DNA of 60,367 nt from a virus (lineage: Duplodnaviria; Caudoviricetes): IMG/VR virus record IMGVR_UViG_3300016466_000235, positions 1 through 60,367 of that record. One strand, given 5' to 3'. Below the pieces are notes generated by a model. That model was not told where the DNA came from, made no database searches, and worked only from the letters and a program-made list of their open reading frames with translations. Below are positions 1 through 9,386 of this stretch, one piece after another. Each line of letters opens with the position of its first letter. The first letter of the stretch is position 1. Position numbers and translations under genes: made by a program.

Positions 1-43
1 AGACCTTGCCCGTGAAATGGGTCGCACAGAGGAAAATCAATGA
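1..43 (+). CDS. C-terminal end of portal protein (continues from 57957..60367 across the circular junction)
   Basis: GT at the window end plus A1 gives GTA, then DLAREMGRTEENQ and TGA 41-43, which overlaps the next ATG (ATGA). Confidence 0.85.
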   Translation, partial: DLAREMGRTEENQ

Positions 44-228
44 GAGACGTTCTCCTACATATCTCCAAGCGATTGAAAGAAGAACAGGAAGTTATTAAAG
101 AAGATTTGGTTGCAGGTAAGGCCAAAGACCACGCGGCGTATCAACATGCCTGTGGGGTAGTACGTGGGTTATTAATCGCAAATAACATGCTTGCCGAAAT
201 GGCAGAAAGGCTTGATCACGATGAGTGA
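40..228 (+). CDS. small hypothetical protein between portal and GroES
   Basis: 62 aa; ATGA coupling to the portal stop; GAGG upstream. Confidence 0.75.
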   Translation: MRDVLLHISKRLKEEQEVIKEDLVAGKAKDHAAYQHACGVVRGLLIANNMLAEMAERLDHDE

Positions 229-628
229 ACTTTTAATCGGTTCTACAAGCGATCCGAACGAGACAACAGTGCTTCCAGAAACTGCAGAAGAAAAAGCAAG
301 GCAGCTTCCAGACCCGTCTGGCTATCGGATTCTCTGCGCAATCCCTGAAATTGAAAATAAATTTGACAGTGGTTTAGTCAAAGCTGAAGTTACCGTACAC
401 AACGAAGAACTTCTCACAACGGTTCTTTTTGTGGCAAAGATGGGCCCTGATTGTTACAAAGACAAAGAGCGGTTTCCGTCTGGCCCGTGGTGTAAGGTCG
501 GGGACTTTATTTTGGTTAGACCCCACGCTGGCTCGCGCCTGAAGATTCACGGACGTGAATTCCGCATTATCAACGATGACTCTGTCGAGGGGGTAGTTCA
601 AGATCCTCGCGGCATTAGTCGCGCATAA
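221..628 (+). CDS. groES: GroES/Cpn10-like co-chaperonin
   Basis: PSGYRIL...SGL...GPDCY...WCKVGDFILV...G...FRIINDDSVEGVV pattern; start placed at ATG 221. Confidence 0.85.
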   Translation: MSELLIGSTSDPNETTVLPETAEEKARQLPDPSGYRILCAIPEIENKFDSGLVKAEVTVHNEELLTTVLFVAKMGPDCYKDKERFPSGPWCKVGDFILVRPHAGSRLKIHGREFRIINDDSVEGVVQDPRGISRA

Positions 629-639
629 GGAGTAGGAAA

Positions 640-1557
640 ATGGCTGAAAAAGATATAGTTGATGAAATCGAGCTGGAGGTTGTAGACGATACACCACCAG
701 AGGACCGAGGCCGTGAGCCCATGCCAAAAGAGCTTGTAAAAGAGCTTGAAGAGGATGAGCTTGAAGATTACTCCGAGAAAGTAAAAAGCCGACTCAAGCA
801 GATGAAAAAGGTTTGGCACGATGAAAGGCGAGAAAAAGAAGCCGCGCTTCGTGAACAACAGACTGCGATTGAGATGGCGCGGAAGGTTGCTGAAGAAAAT
901 CGTGCGCTAAAAGCGCGGTTAACTGATGGTGAAAAATCCCTAGTTTTGACGGCTACAAGCGCTGCAGAACTAGAAATGGAAATGGCTAAACGGGCCTACA
1001 AAGAGGCTTATGACTCTGGAGATTCTGATCGACTTGTAGAGGCCCAGGAAAAACTGAATAACGCTGGATACAGACTTCAGCGGCTAAAAGGTTATAGACC
1101 CCCTGTACAAGAAGAGAAAAATGAGGTAAATATCCCTCAAGCGCAACCTCAAGAGGTTCGTCTTGATCCAAAAACGGACAGCTGGCGTCGCCAGAATACA
1201 TGGTTTGGGTCGGATGAAGAGATGACAGCATCTGCTCTTGGGCTGCACCAAAAGTTAGAAAAACAGTATGGCAAAGATTTTGTCAATACTGACAAATATT
1301 GGAATACAATTGATAGCACAATGCGTAAGCGTTTCCCTGAACACGATTGGGGAGACGAAGAAGAAACAGTTGATGTGGATACAAGACCCGCTCAGCGTAC
1401 AGAAAGATCAGCCACTGTTGTGGCTCCGGTGTCACGAAGCACATCCGCCAAAAAGGTGCGCTTAAGTCAGACGCAACTGAACGTAATCAAGAAAATGGGG
1501 ATTACTCCCGAGCAGTATGCGAAAGAAATGATGAAACTGGAGAAACAAAATGGCTGA
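640..1557 (+). CDS. putative capsid scaffolding protein
   Basis: Acidic coiled-coil; C-terminal LSQTQLNVIKKMGITPEQYAKE; upstream of the capsid genes; strong RBS. Confidence 0.7.
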   Translation: MAEKDIVDEIELEVVDDTPPEDRGREPMPKELVKELEEDELEDYSEKVKSRLKQMKKVWHDERREKEAALREQQTAIEMARKVAEENRALKARLTDGEKSLVLTATSAAELEMEMAKRAYKEAYDSGDSDRLVEAQEKLNNAGYRLQRLKGYRPPVQEEKNEVNIPQAQPQEVRLDPKTDSWRRQNTWFGSDEEMTASALGLHQKLEKQYGKDFVNTDKYWNTIDSTMRKRFPEHDWGDEEETVDVDTRPAQRTERSATVVAPVSRSTSAKKVRLSQTQLNVIKKMGITPEQYAKEMMKLEKQNG

Positions 1558-1999
1558 AAATAGAATTGCACGTGAACTTGAATCGCGCTCCACGAAAGAG
1601 CGTCCTAAGCAGTGGCAGCGTCCCGAAACGCTACCTCAGCCCGATAAACAGCCCGGATATGCGTATCGTTGGATTCGCGTCTCGATGATGAACCAGGCTG
1701 ATGCCCGCAACATCTCGGCCAAATTCCGGGAGGGTTGGGAGCCAGTGCGTATTGAGGAACAGCCACAGTTTAAGCTGTTGGTAGATCCAGACAGCCGATT
1801 CAAAGACAATGTAGAAGTTTCTGGGTTGTTGTTATGCAAGATGCCTGAGGAATTTGTTGAGCAGCGTACTGATTATTACGCCAAGATCGCAAAGGCCAAT
1901 ATGGAGGCTGTAGACAACAATTTTATGAGAGAGAGCGATCCTCGGATGCCGTTATTTAAAGAGGGCAAAACCAAGGTGTCGTTCGGTAAAGGAATTTAA
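1550..1999 (+). CDS. conserved head-module hypothetical protein
   Basis: YRWIR...REGWEPV...GLLLCKMP; overlaps the upstream gene; GGAG RBS. Confidence 0.75.
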   Translation: MAENRIARELESRSTKERPKQWQRPETLPQPDKQPGYAYRWIRVSMMNQADARNISAKFREGWEPVRIEEQPQFKLLVDPDSRFKDNVEVSGLLLCKMPEEFVEQRTDYYAKIAKANMEAVDNNFMRESDPRMPLFKEGKTKVSFGKGI

Positions 2000-2022
2000 A
2001 CTTTTTCTGAAAGAGGCTAAAA

Positions 2023-2823
2023 ATGGCTTATCCTACCGTTCAAGCCCCCTATGGGCTAATCCCGATCAACTTGATCGGCGGTCAGGTATTTGCTGGCGCC
2101 ACTCGTCAGATTCCTATTGCTTCCGGCTACACGCCTTCCATTTTTTATGGTGACGTTGTTAAGCTTGCTTCGACTGGAACCCTGAACATTGACACCGGCA
2201 CTTCCACCGCTACTCCTGTTGGTGTGTTTCTTGGCTGTTCTTACACAGACCCTACATTTGGTAAGGTCTTCCGTCAGTATTTCCCCACTGGCACTGTTGC
2301 TTCTGACATCGTGGCTTATGTCCAAGATGATCCTGATGCGCTGTATAAAGTGGCGGCTGTTTCTGCAACAACTGTGATCGCGGCTCCTGGTCGTACGTTC
2401 GTTGGTAACAATGCTGAGCTGGTTCAAAATACTGGTAGCACCACTACGGGTAACTCTGGTGTGGCTATTACTGGTTTTGACACCACGGCTACGTTGCCTA
2501 TTCGTGTTATCGATGTTGTACCCGATACCTCGATTACGACTACCCAAACTGCAACCACTACTAATAGCAGCACTTCAGTCACGTTGTCTGCGGCTAACGC
2601 CAATATTCTGAAGTACATGGCTATTTCTGGTACCGGTATCGCTGCTGGCACCACTGTCAGCGCTATCTCTGGAACTACACTAACTCTGTCTACCGCTGCA
2701 ACTGCTTCTGGCACTGTGACGCTGACTTTTGTTGGTTATCCTGAGATGGTCGTTAAGTGGAACGCACCTAGCGCTACTGGTCAGGCTGGTGGTCATCAGT
2801 ATCTCAACGCCACTGGTGTATAA
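2023..2823 (+). CDS. putative capsid decoration/minor head protein with Thr/Ser-rich beta insertion
   Basis: Directly upstream of the MCP; IFYGDVV...GVFLGCSYTDP...DDPD. Confidence 0.65.
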   Translation: MAYPTVQAPYGLIPINLIGGQVFAGATRQIPIASGYTPSIFYGDVVKLASTGTLNIDTGTSTATPVGVFLGCSYTDPTFGKVFRQYFPTGTVASDIVAYVQDDPDALYKVAAVSATTVIAAPGRTFVGNNAELVQNTGSTTTGNSGVAITGFDTTATLPIRVIDVVPDTSITTTQTATTTNSSTSVTLSAANANILKYMAISGTGIAAGTTVSAISGTTLTLSTAATASGTVTLTFVGYPEMVVKWNAPSATGQAGGHQYLNATGV

Positions 2824-2834
2824 GGAGCTAGATC

Positions 2835-3743
2835 ATGGCTATTTCACGCGCACAACTACTTAAAGAACTCCTTCCTGGCCTGAACGCTCTGTTTGGTCTT
2901 GAATATGCTACTTATGGTGAGGAGCATAAAGAGATCTACGAAACGGAAACTTCTGAGCGTTCGTTTGAAGAGGAAACCAAACTGTCTGGCTTCTCCGCCG
3001 CTCCGGTGAAGAACGAGGGCAGCGCAATTGCCTACGATAACGCACAGGAAGTCTTCACGGCTCGCTATACCCACGAGACCATTGCTCTTGGCTTCTCGCT
3101 AACTGAAGAGGCAATTGAGGACAACCTCTACGACTCTCTGGCCACGCGTTACACCAAGGCTCTGGCCCGTGCTATGGCATACACCAAGCAGACCAAGGCT
3201 GCTGCTGTTCTGAACAACGGCTTTAACTCCGCTTTCGCTGGCGGTGATGGCGTCTCTCTGTTCAATACGGCTCATCCCCTGGTTTCTGGTGGAACCAACA
3301 GCAACACGCCCGCAACCGCCGCTGACCTGAATGAGACTTCTCTTGAAGCCGCTGTTATTCAGATCGCTGCATGGACGGACGAGCGTGGTCTGCTGATTGC
3401 TTCCAAGCCTGTGAAGCTGATTATCCCTCCCGCACTGCAGTTCGTTGCAACACGTATCCTGGAGACTGAACTCCGTACGGCTACTGCTGATAACGACATC
3501 AACGCTCTGCGGAACAACCGTTCGATTCCTGGCGGATATTCTGTCAATCACTATCTGACGGATACCGATGCATGGTTCCTGACCACTGACGTGCCCAATG
3601 GTATGAAGCACTTTGTGCGGACTCCGATGAGCCAGTCAATGGACGGGGATTTTGATACAGGCAACGTACGTTACAAGGCCCGCGAGCGCTACTCATTTGG
3701 GTTCTCGGACCCGTTGGGGATGTTCGGAAGTCCCGGTGCTTAA
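2835..3743 (+). CDS. major capsid protein (Mu gpT-like, HK97 fold)
   Basis: MAISRAQLLKELLPGLNALFGLEY...RYKARERYSFG; AAGGAG RBS; followed by a terminator. Confidence 0.92.
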   Translation: MAISRAQLLKELLPGLNALFGLEYATYGEEHKEIYETETSERSFEEETKLSGFSAAPVKNEGSAIAYDNAQEVFTARYTHETIALGFSLTEEAIEDNLYDSLATRYTKALARAMAYTKQTKAAAVLNNGFNSAFAGGDGVSLFNTAHPLVSGGTNSNTPATAADLNETSLEAAVIQIAAWTDERGLLIASKPVKLIIPPALQFVATRILETELRTATADNDINALRNNRSIPGGYSVNHYLTDTDAWFLTTDVPNGMKHFVRTPMSQSMDGDFDTGNVRYKARERYSFGFSDPLGMFGSPGA

Positions 3744-3753
3744 ATAGTAGTGG

Positions 3754-3779
3754 AGGGGGGTTGCAAAACCCCCCTTTTT
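3754..3779 (+). terminator. intrinsic terminator after the MCP
   Basis: GGGGGGTT-GCAA-AACCCCCC followed by TTTTT. Confidence 0.85.
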
Positions 3780-3788
3780 ATTTATACT
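3761..3788 (+). promoter_or_regulatory. sigma70-like promoter overlapping the MCP terminator
   Basis: TTGCAA-16 bp-TATACT. Confidence 0.55.
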
Positions 3789-3795
3789 GACAGTA

Positions 3796-3865
3796 CTAGG
3801 ATTTTTCACCCGTACAGACTGACCTAGCAGACTTAGTAGAGACGGTACGGGGATGTGCTACTACA
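3796..3865 (+). ncRNA. pseudoknotted RNA element downstream of the gpT-like MCP (probably the Mu-gpT-DE motif)
   Basis: Three interleaved helices: CTAGG/CCTAG, CCCGTAC/GTACGGG, TAGTAG/CTACTA; genomic context fits the Mu-gpT-DE motif. Confidence 0.6.
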
Positions 3866-3878
3866 CGAAAGGAATGTC

Positions 3879-4868
3879 ATGGCACGCACTACTTTTTCTG
3901 GCCCCGTGGTCTCCCCCGGCGGCTTCATTGGTCCTGTTCTTGGCGGTAACACCATTTTCACAGGCACCTTTTTCTACGTTAATCCCGCTACAGGCGCCGA
4001 TGGCAACGACGGATTGACCCCTGCTACCGCTGTTCAAAGCATTACCACTGCTTTTAATAAGTGTACTTCGGGTAATAACGATGTCGTCTATCTGATTGGT
4101 GACGGCACTACCGCAGGCACGGCCCGTATTTCTAGCACCCTGACATGGAATAAGAATGCCACTCACCTAATTGGTGTCTGCTCTCCCGTGGCGATTTCTC
4201 AGCGTGCCCGTATTTCTCACGCCGCCTCTGCTCCTACCACTGCGTTTACCCCGATGGTCCGTGTCACTGGAAATGGATGTCTGTTCTCAAACATTCAGAT
4301 TTTTGAAGGCTTTGCTGCTTCTACGGCAGTTGTGACTTGGGAAGATCAGGGCAATCGCAATTACTACTCAAATATGCAATTTGCTGGTATGGGTAATGCA
4401 ACCTACTCTGCTGATGAGACTGGAAGCGCCTGTTTGCTTCTGACCGGCGGCGGTGAGCATGTGTTTGACGGCTGCACATTTGGTGTTGATACAATCCCCC
4501 GTACGGTTGCTAACGCTAATATTCGTCTGCGTTCTGAGACTGCCCGTAATATCTTCCGTGGTTGTTTGACTTTAATCTATGCAACTGCTGCTGGTGTTCT
4601 GGCTGTTGATGCAAACGCTGCTAACTCTCTTAACCGTTGGGTTTTGTTTGAGGACTCAGTGTTTATCAATGCACAGAATATTTCAGGCGAAACAACTATG
4701 TCGGTTCTTGCTATTGGAAACGCAAACCAGAATGGTGTAATTCTTCTTACTAACTGTGTGCGTAATAACATCACTGCTTACGGTGCTGCTGGCGATCTAA
4801 TTAAGATTGCTAACTCCACTGATGCTGATACCACTAGCGCTGGTGGTGACTTCCAAAACGCCGCTTAA
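3879..4868 (+). CDS. virion protein with probable pectin-lyase-like beta-helix (head fibre/spike)
   Basis: MARTTFSGPV N-terminus; FYVNP..G.DGNDG.TP..A..SI..A motif; beta-helix-like periodicity; start follows the GAAAGGA RBS. Confidence 0.65.
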   Translation: MARTTFSGPVVSPGGFIGPVLGGNTIFTGTFFYVNPATGADGNDGLTPATAVQSITTAFNKCTSGNNDVVYLIGDGTTAGTARISSTLTWNKNATHLIGVCSPVAISQRARISHAASAPTTAFTPMVRVTGNGCLFSNIQIFEGFAASTAVVTWEDQGNRNYYSNMQFAGMGNATYSADETGSACLLLTGGGEHVFDGCTFGVDTIPRTVANANIRLRSETARNIFRGCLTLIYATAAGVLAVDANAANSLNRWVLFEDSVFINAQNISGETTMSVLAIGNANQNGVILLTNCVRNNITAYGAAGDLIKIANSTDADTTSAGGDFQNAA

Positions 4869-4873
4869 TAAGC

Positions 4874-4892
4874 AGGGGGCTTCGGCCCCCTT
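4874..4892 (+). terminator. UUCG hairpin (weak terminator or stabiliser)
   Basis: AGGGGGC-TTCG-GCCCCCT with a short U tail. Confidence 0.5.
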
Positions 4893-4903
4893 AAGGAGTT
4901 AGT

Positions 4904-5506
4904 ATGGGAACAATGCAATATGATGTATGGTCGGTGTCGGCTGACTCTAACGTTGCGTATTTTAGAGCTGCAGCCACAATCGGCGCTGCCGGGTCCTTGG
5001 CGCTTTTAAAGGCCAATCTCGGCACCAACGGTTACGGGTACAAAGTTTCGATCACCTCTAATGGCAATGATTCGGGCATCACGTTTACGATTATCGGAAA
5101 CAAAGTTGGACTTATTACCAACACGCCCACCATTACCGAAACAGTTACCGGACCAAATAACACAACCGTTTTTTCGACCAACTACTACAGCCGGATCACA
5201 AGCATTACAGTAAGCGGAACGTCCGTAAATAACGTTTCAATTGGCTATGGAAGCAACCTTGCGCTTCCCCGCACCCGGATCAAGGGCTTGTACTACGTTG
5301 GTGGCGGCTCGGCTGGAAGCATTACTGTGACCTCTCCAAACCGTGAGTTTCCGTTATTTAAAATTACAACCCCAGATCAAGCTGACAGCTTTGCAGACAG
5401 CCTATTTATCCCCTCTGAGGGTATTTTGGTTGGTGGAGATGCCCCGAATGACTACGGCGTTGTCACGGTTTCCAACGTCACGTCCTATACGCTTATCTGC
5501 GGGTGA
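4904..5506 (+). CDS. beta-rich virion structural protein
   Basis: 200 aa, S/T/G/N-rich; AAGGAG RBS. Confidence 0.7.
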   Translation: MGTMQYDVWSVSADSNVAYFRAAATIGAAGSLALLKANLGTNGYGYKVSITSNGNDSGITFTIIGNKVGLITNTPTITETVTGPNNTTVFSTNYYSRITSITVSGTSVNNVSIGYGSNLALPRTRIKGLYYVGGGSAGSITVTSPNREFPLFKITTPDQADSFADSLFIPSEGILVGGDAPNDYGVVTVSNVTSYTLICG

Positions 5507-5509
5507 GTT

Positions 5510-5779
5510 ATGGCCAAGTCCCCAGCATGGCAGAGGAAAGAGGGAAAGTCGGAAAAAGGCGGACTTAATGCCAAGGGGCGTGCTTCTTATAACGCCGCTA
5601 ATCCTGGCAAGCCTGGACTGAAACCGCCAGCGCCCAATCCAAAAACGGAGAAGGACGCTGCGCGGCGCAAGTCTTTTTGTGCTCGCATGACCGGCATGAA
5701 GAAGAAACTGACTAGCGAAAAGACCAAGAAAGACCCCAACTCCCGAATCAACAAGAGCCTGCGGGCGTGGAAGTGCTGA
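5510..5779 (+). CDS. small basic conserved phage protein
   Basis: AWQRKEGK..GGLNAKGRASYN...RRKSFCARM...SLRAWKC. Confidence 0.75.
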   Translation: MAKSPAWQRKEGKSEKGGLNAKGRASYNAANPGKPGLKPPAPNPKTEKDAARRKSFCARMTGMKKKLTSEKTKKDPNSRINKSLRAWKC

Positions 5780-5780
5780 T

Positions 5781-6020
5781 ATGACTATCGAAATGTATGT
5801 AGGATTTGTTTACTTCCTTTTGGGAATTGTCGGCTGGTTTTTAAAGGGGGCTTTAGATTCTGCCAAAGATACTAAAGAACGCTTAAATGACTTCCGGGTT
5901 GAGGTAGCACAGCAGTACACGCACAAGAACGACCTGCGTGACATTATGGTCAGTATCAACGAACGCTTTGACCGGATTGAGAAAAAACTTGACCGGATCA
6001 TGGAGGTTAAAAATGGCTGA
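5781..6020 (+). CDS. small membrane-anchored coiled-coil protein
   Basis: N-terminal TM helix; C-terminal RFDRIEKKLD. Confidence 0.65.
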   Translation: MTIEMYVGFVYFLLGIVGWFLKGALDSAKDTKERLNDFRVEVAQQYTHKNDLRDIMVSINERFDRIEKKLDRIMEVKNG

Positions 6021-6396
6021 GAAAGAAGACAAACGCTCTACTAGAACTAAGATGTTAGATGCGGAGTATGAGAAGAACCCCGGCGTAATTACTGGTGTTG
6101 GTCGAATGCTTAGCCGTGCGGGCGATGCAGTGGGTTTTACTCAAGAAGATGAGTACAAGGATAAAACCAAAGAAGATTTAGCAAAGCGCAAGCGCGCTGG
6201 AGGAAAGATCGTGAACGAAAGCATGATGATGAAAAAAGAGGGCCGTGGTATGGCTAAAGCTGACATGCAAAAAGTGGCCTCTAAAGCCGTTAAGGGTCAC
6301 GAGAAGCGTATGCATGGTATGAGGTCTGGCGGCACTGCTTCTAAACGCGCTGATGGTATTGCTATCCGTGGTAAAACTAAAGGACGGATCGTCTAA
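6013..6396 (+). CDS. basic protein with xxGG and RADGIAIRGKTKG motifs
   Basis: Start placed at ATG 6013 after GGAGG. Confidence 0.7.
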   Translation: MAEKEDKRSTRTKMLDAEYEKNPGVITGVGRMLSRAGDAVGFTQEDEYKDKTKEDLAKRKRAGGKIVNESMMMKKEGRGMAKADMQKVASKAVKGHEKRMHGMRSGGTASKRADGIAIRGKTKGRIV

Positions 6397-7049
6397 TGTA
6401 CCTAACCAGCAACATTCCGTATTTTAAGTGCTGGGTTAGAAAAGAGTTTACAAATGGGCATCAGAACTACCACGGAGAATATATTCATGGTCTTGCGGTA
6501 GCAGTAACAACGATCCCAGACAGATGTTTAAGTTTTCAGGTTATTTTTACCGGTTGTGAGTCTGAAGAAAATCCACACGGCGGGGCTATGTGGGCGAGGA
6601 TGCCGATCACGGGTTTAGTTGGGGATATACCATTAGAGCAGTGGCCCGAGCGTATGCAGACTCATCTAGCGCAGCCTTGGGACTGTAGTTCGCACCACCA
6701 TGCAGTTGTGAAGTTTAGTAGGGCACAGCCATCTCCTTGGCTATGTAAGATAGATAATGAGTTTTATACCGGTCGTTATTTATTCACAGTAGACTATGCA
6801 GAAAGTGATGTAGCAGAAGACCCCTCCCAACACAAACAGAGCCATGTATTGATTCTGACTGATGCGGGGAAGTGGACAGGCAATGTAGTTGCATTACCGA
6901 ACAATCGAGTGCGAGTTACCAGCCCAGCCTATTGGGTAACAGGTCAAGGAGCGCCAGATTTTAGACCCAGCCAATGGATTCATTGTGCAGAGCAGGACGA
7001 CAGTTACATGGACCCAGAGGTTACTTTTAACAATCTGTACAAGGAGTAG
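6396..7049 (+). CDS. conserved hypothetical phage protein
   Basis: 217 aa globular protein; GAMWARMPI, QPWDC, YLFTVDY, HKQSH, LPNNRVR; TAATG coupling. Confidence 0.8.
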   Translation: MYLTSNIPYFKCWVRKEFTNGHQNYHGEYIHGLAVAVTTIPDRCLSFQVIFTGCESEENPHGGAMWARMPITGLVGDIPLEQWPERMQTHLAQPWDCSSHHHAVVKFSRAQPSPWLCKIDNEFYTGRYLFTVDYAESDVAEDPSQHKQSHVLILTDAGKWTGNVVALPNNRVRVTSPAYWVTGQGAPDFRPSQWIHCAEQDDSYMDPEVTFNNLYKE

Positions 7050-7052
7050 GAA

Positions 7053-7241
7053 ATGAAAGCAAAGATGATGTATGGCGGCGGCATGTCTAAAATGAAAGCC
7101 GGTGGCGGGGTTAAAATGGCAGCAGGTGGTGGTGTTGCGCCCTCTAAGATGGGTAAAGTCAAGACTGCTGCTCCTAGCCGTGATGGTGTTGCTGTTAAAG
7201 GCAAGACCAAGGGCAAGATGGTTGCTATGCGGGGTAAATAA
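7053..7241 (+). CDS. small basic MxxGG-repeat protein
   Basis: MYGGG/MKAGG/MAAGG; C-terminal RDGVAVKGKTKG. Confidence 0.7.
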   Translation: MKAKMMYGGGMSKMKAGGGVKMAAGGGVAPSKMGKVKTAAPSRDGVAVKGKTKGKMVAMRGK

Positions 7242-7522
7242 TGATGCCTTCACGCGGGATGGGTGCGATCCGCCCATCCAAGATGCCTAAAGGGGAAACC
7301 CGAACCCGTAAGGACGGGGATAAATTCACCATGTACAAAGAAGGTGGAAATGTCTCTCGCGTGAATGAAGCAGGTAATTACACCAAGCCCGGAATGCGCA
7401 AGTCTTTGTTTAACAAGATAAAAGCCGGTGGTAAAGGTGGCGCGCCAGGGCAGTGGAGCGGAAGAAAAGCACAAATGCTGGCCATGCAGTATAAAAAATC
7501 TGGGGGCGGGTACCGTGATTGA
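7241..7522 (+). CDS. small basic conserved protein
   Basis: SRGMGAI, YKEGG, GQWSGRKAQMLA..YKKSGGGY. Confidence 0.7.
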   Translation: MMPSRGMGAIRPSKMPKGETRTRKDGDKFTMYKEGGNVSRVNEAGNYTKPGMRKSLFNKIKAGGKGGAPGQWSGRKAQMLAMQYKKSGGGYRD

Positions 7523-7718
7523 TTTTATTCAAAAACAGCTTGATGCATCTGAGCGGCTATTTAACATGATGGCCGAAGACCACAAAGTGCGAACAAAAAA
7601 TTTGCAAATGTGGATTGAGATGAACGAGAGCTTTCAAAAGAAGCTAGATCAGCGTGATGCAGAGATTGCGGTTTTGCGTGCTAAATTATCTCAATACGAA
7701 GTAGTCGAAAGAGTGTAA
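7515..7718 (+). CDS. small coiled-coil hypothetical protein
   Basis: Probable GTG start at 7515 overlapping the previous stop. Confidence 0.5.
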   Translation: MIDFIQKQLDASERLFNMMAEDHKVRTKNLQMWIEMNESFQKKLDQRDAEIAVLRAKLSQYEVVERV

Positions 7719-7964
7719 ATGAAAGCCCCCCAGAAAAGTCTAAAGGACTGGACTGACCAGAAGTGGAGGACCAAAAGTGGAAAACCGTCAACACAGGGTC
7801 CAAAGGCAACTGGGGAACGATACCTCCCAGAGGCGGCGATTAAGGCCCTCTCACCAGCAGAATATGCGGCGACTACTAGGGCAAAACGAGCAGGAAAAAA
7901 GGCTGGAAAGCAGTTTGTTGCCCAGCCAAAATCAATCTCTAAAAAAACAGCGGGGTACAGATAA
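7719..7964 (+). CDS. small basic conserved protein
   Basis: QKSLKDWTDQKWRTKSGK...GERYLP...KQFVAQP. Confidence 0.7.
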   Translation: MKAPQKSLKDWTDQKWRTKSGKPSTQGPKATGERYLPEAAIKALSPAEYAATTRAKRAGKKAGKQFVAQPKSISKKTAGYR

Positions 7965-8230
7965 TGGCTAAGAAATTTCCAGACCTGACCGGCGACGGTA
8001 AAGTAACTCAGGCAGATGTCTTAAAAGGCCGTGGGGTAGAAATGAAAAAAGGCGGTTCTGCTAAGAATTGGATTCAATCTGCTATTAAGAAGCCTGGTGC
8101 TCTGCGTGAGCAGCTTGGGATTAAGGGCAAAAAGCCTATCCCTGCTAAGATGCTAGATAAAGCTGCTAAGGCTCCCGGCAAGCTGGGCCAGCGTGCACGT
8201 TTGGCTAAAACCTTGAGGGGCATGAAGTGA
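7964..8230 (+). CDS. small basic protein with EF-hand-like DLTGDGKVTQAD and MKKGG motifs
   Basis: Translationally coupled on both sides. Confidence 0.7.
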   Translation: MAKKFPDLTGDGKVTQADVLKGRGVEMKKGGSAKNWIQSAIKKPGALREQLGIKGKKPIPAKMLDKAAKAPGKLGQRARLAKTLRGMK

Positions 8231-8955
8231 CAACTTCCGGTACCAACCTATTCAATCTCGACCTAAACGATATTATCGAAGAGGCGTTTGAGAGATGCGG
8301 GGTTGAGGTTCGTACTGGATATGAGCATCGTACCGCTCGACGTTCGTTAAATCTTCTAACGATTGAATGGGCCAATCGAGGGATTAATCTGTGGACCATC
8401 GAGCAGGGCCAGATTTCCATGGTGCAGGGGCAGATCGTTTATAACCTACCTCTAGATACGATTGATCTTTTAGATCAAGTTATTAGAACCCAGACTGGCG
8501 TTGAGCAGACAGACATCAACATCAGCCGCATCAGTGTTTCTACCTACGCTACGATCCCCAATAAGAACGCTCAGGGCCGCCCAATTCAAGTATGGGTTAA
8601 TCGCCAGTCTGGCGAGACTTATCCGGCGGGGAGTGATTTTTCTCCTAACGCTACGGCAAATCCAACGATTAACGTCTGGCCAGCACCTGATCAAAACAAC
8701 TTCTACACATTTGTCTACTGGAGACTCCGCAGGATTCAGGACTCTGGGAACGGCACGGCAACTCAAGATATACCTTTCCGTATGCTGACCTGTCTAGTCG
8801 CAGGGCTTGCGTATTACCTGTCTCTGAAGATCCCTGAGGCGGCGAATCGGATTGAAATGCTGAAGATGGAGTACGAGAGCCAATGGGCTTTAGCTTCGTC
8901 TGAGGACCGTGAAAAGGCTTCTCTAAGGCTTGCGCCTAGAGAGATGTTTTACTAA
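8227..8955 (+). CDS. head-tail adaptor/neck protein
   Basis: IIEEAFERCG...ARRSLNLL..EWANRGINLWT...GRP...WPAPD...GLAYYLS. Confidence 0.7.
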   Translation: MTTSGTNLFNLDLNDIIEEAFERCGVEVRTGYEHRTARRSLNLLTIEWANRGINLWTIEQGQISMVQGQIVYNLPLDTIDLLDQVIRTQTGVEQTDINISRISVSTYATIPNKNAQGRPIQVWVNRQSGETYPAGSDFSPNATANPTINVWPAPDQNNFYTFVYWRLRRIQDSGNGTATQDIPFRMLTCLVAGLAYYLSLKIPEAANRIEMLKMEYESQWALASSEDREKASLRLAPREMFY

Positions 8956-9377
8956 TGCCTACTAAATTTGCCTCTGGTAAACGGGCCATATCGCAGTGTG
9001 ACCGCTGCGGGTTTCGTTACAAGTTAAAAGAACTTAGAGAGATTGTCATCAAGACAAAGAACACCAACATCCTTGTCTGCCCTACTTGTTATGAGCCTGA
9101 TCAGCCACAACTCCAACTGGGTATGTATCCTGTAGACGACCCCCAGGCTTTAAGAAACCCAAGGCCGGACACGACGTACATCACGGCAGGTAACACGGGC
9201 CTACAAATTGATTCAGGATCAGGTCCTTTAGGTAGCGGAGACAAGTCAGGTGGTAGTAGAATTATCCAATGGGGATTTGCTCCTGTTGGCGGGGCCCAGG
9301 CTTACGATACAGACTTAACTCCAAATAATCTGGTGCTGGGTATTGAGCTTGGCACCGTCACAGTAGCGACAACCTAG
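8955..9377 (+). CDS. Zn-finger hypothetical protein
   Basis: CDRCG...CPTC, DPQALRNPRPD. Confidence 0.7.
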   Translation: MPTKFASGKRAISQCDRCGFRYKLKELREIVIKTKNTNILVCPTCYEPDQPQLQLGMYPVDDPQALRNPRPDTTYITAGNTGLQIDSGSGPLGSGDKSGGSRIIQWGFAPVGGAQAYDTDLTPNNLVLGIELGTVTVATT

Positions 9378-9386
9378 GAGTCCGTT

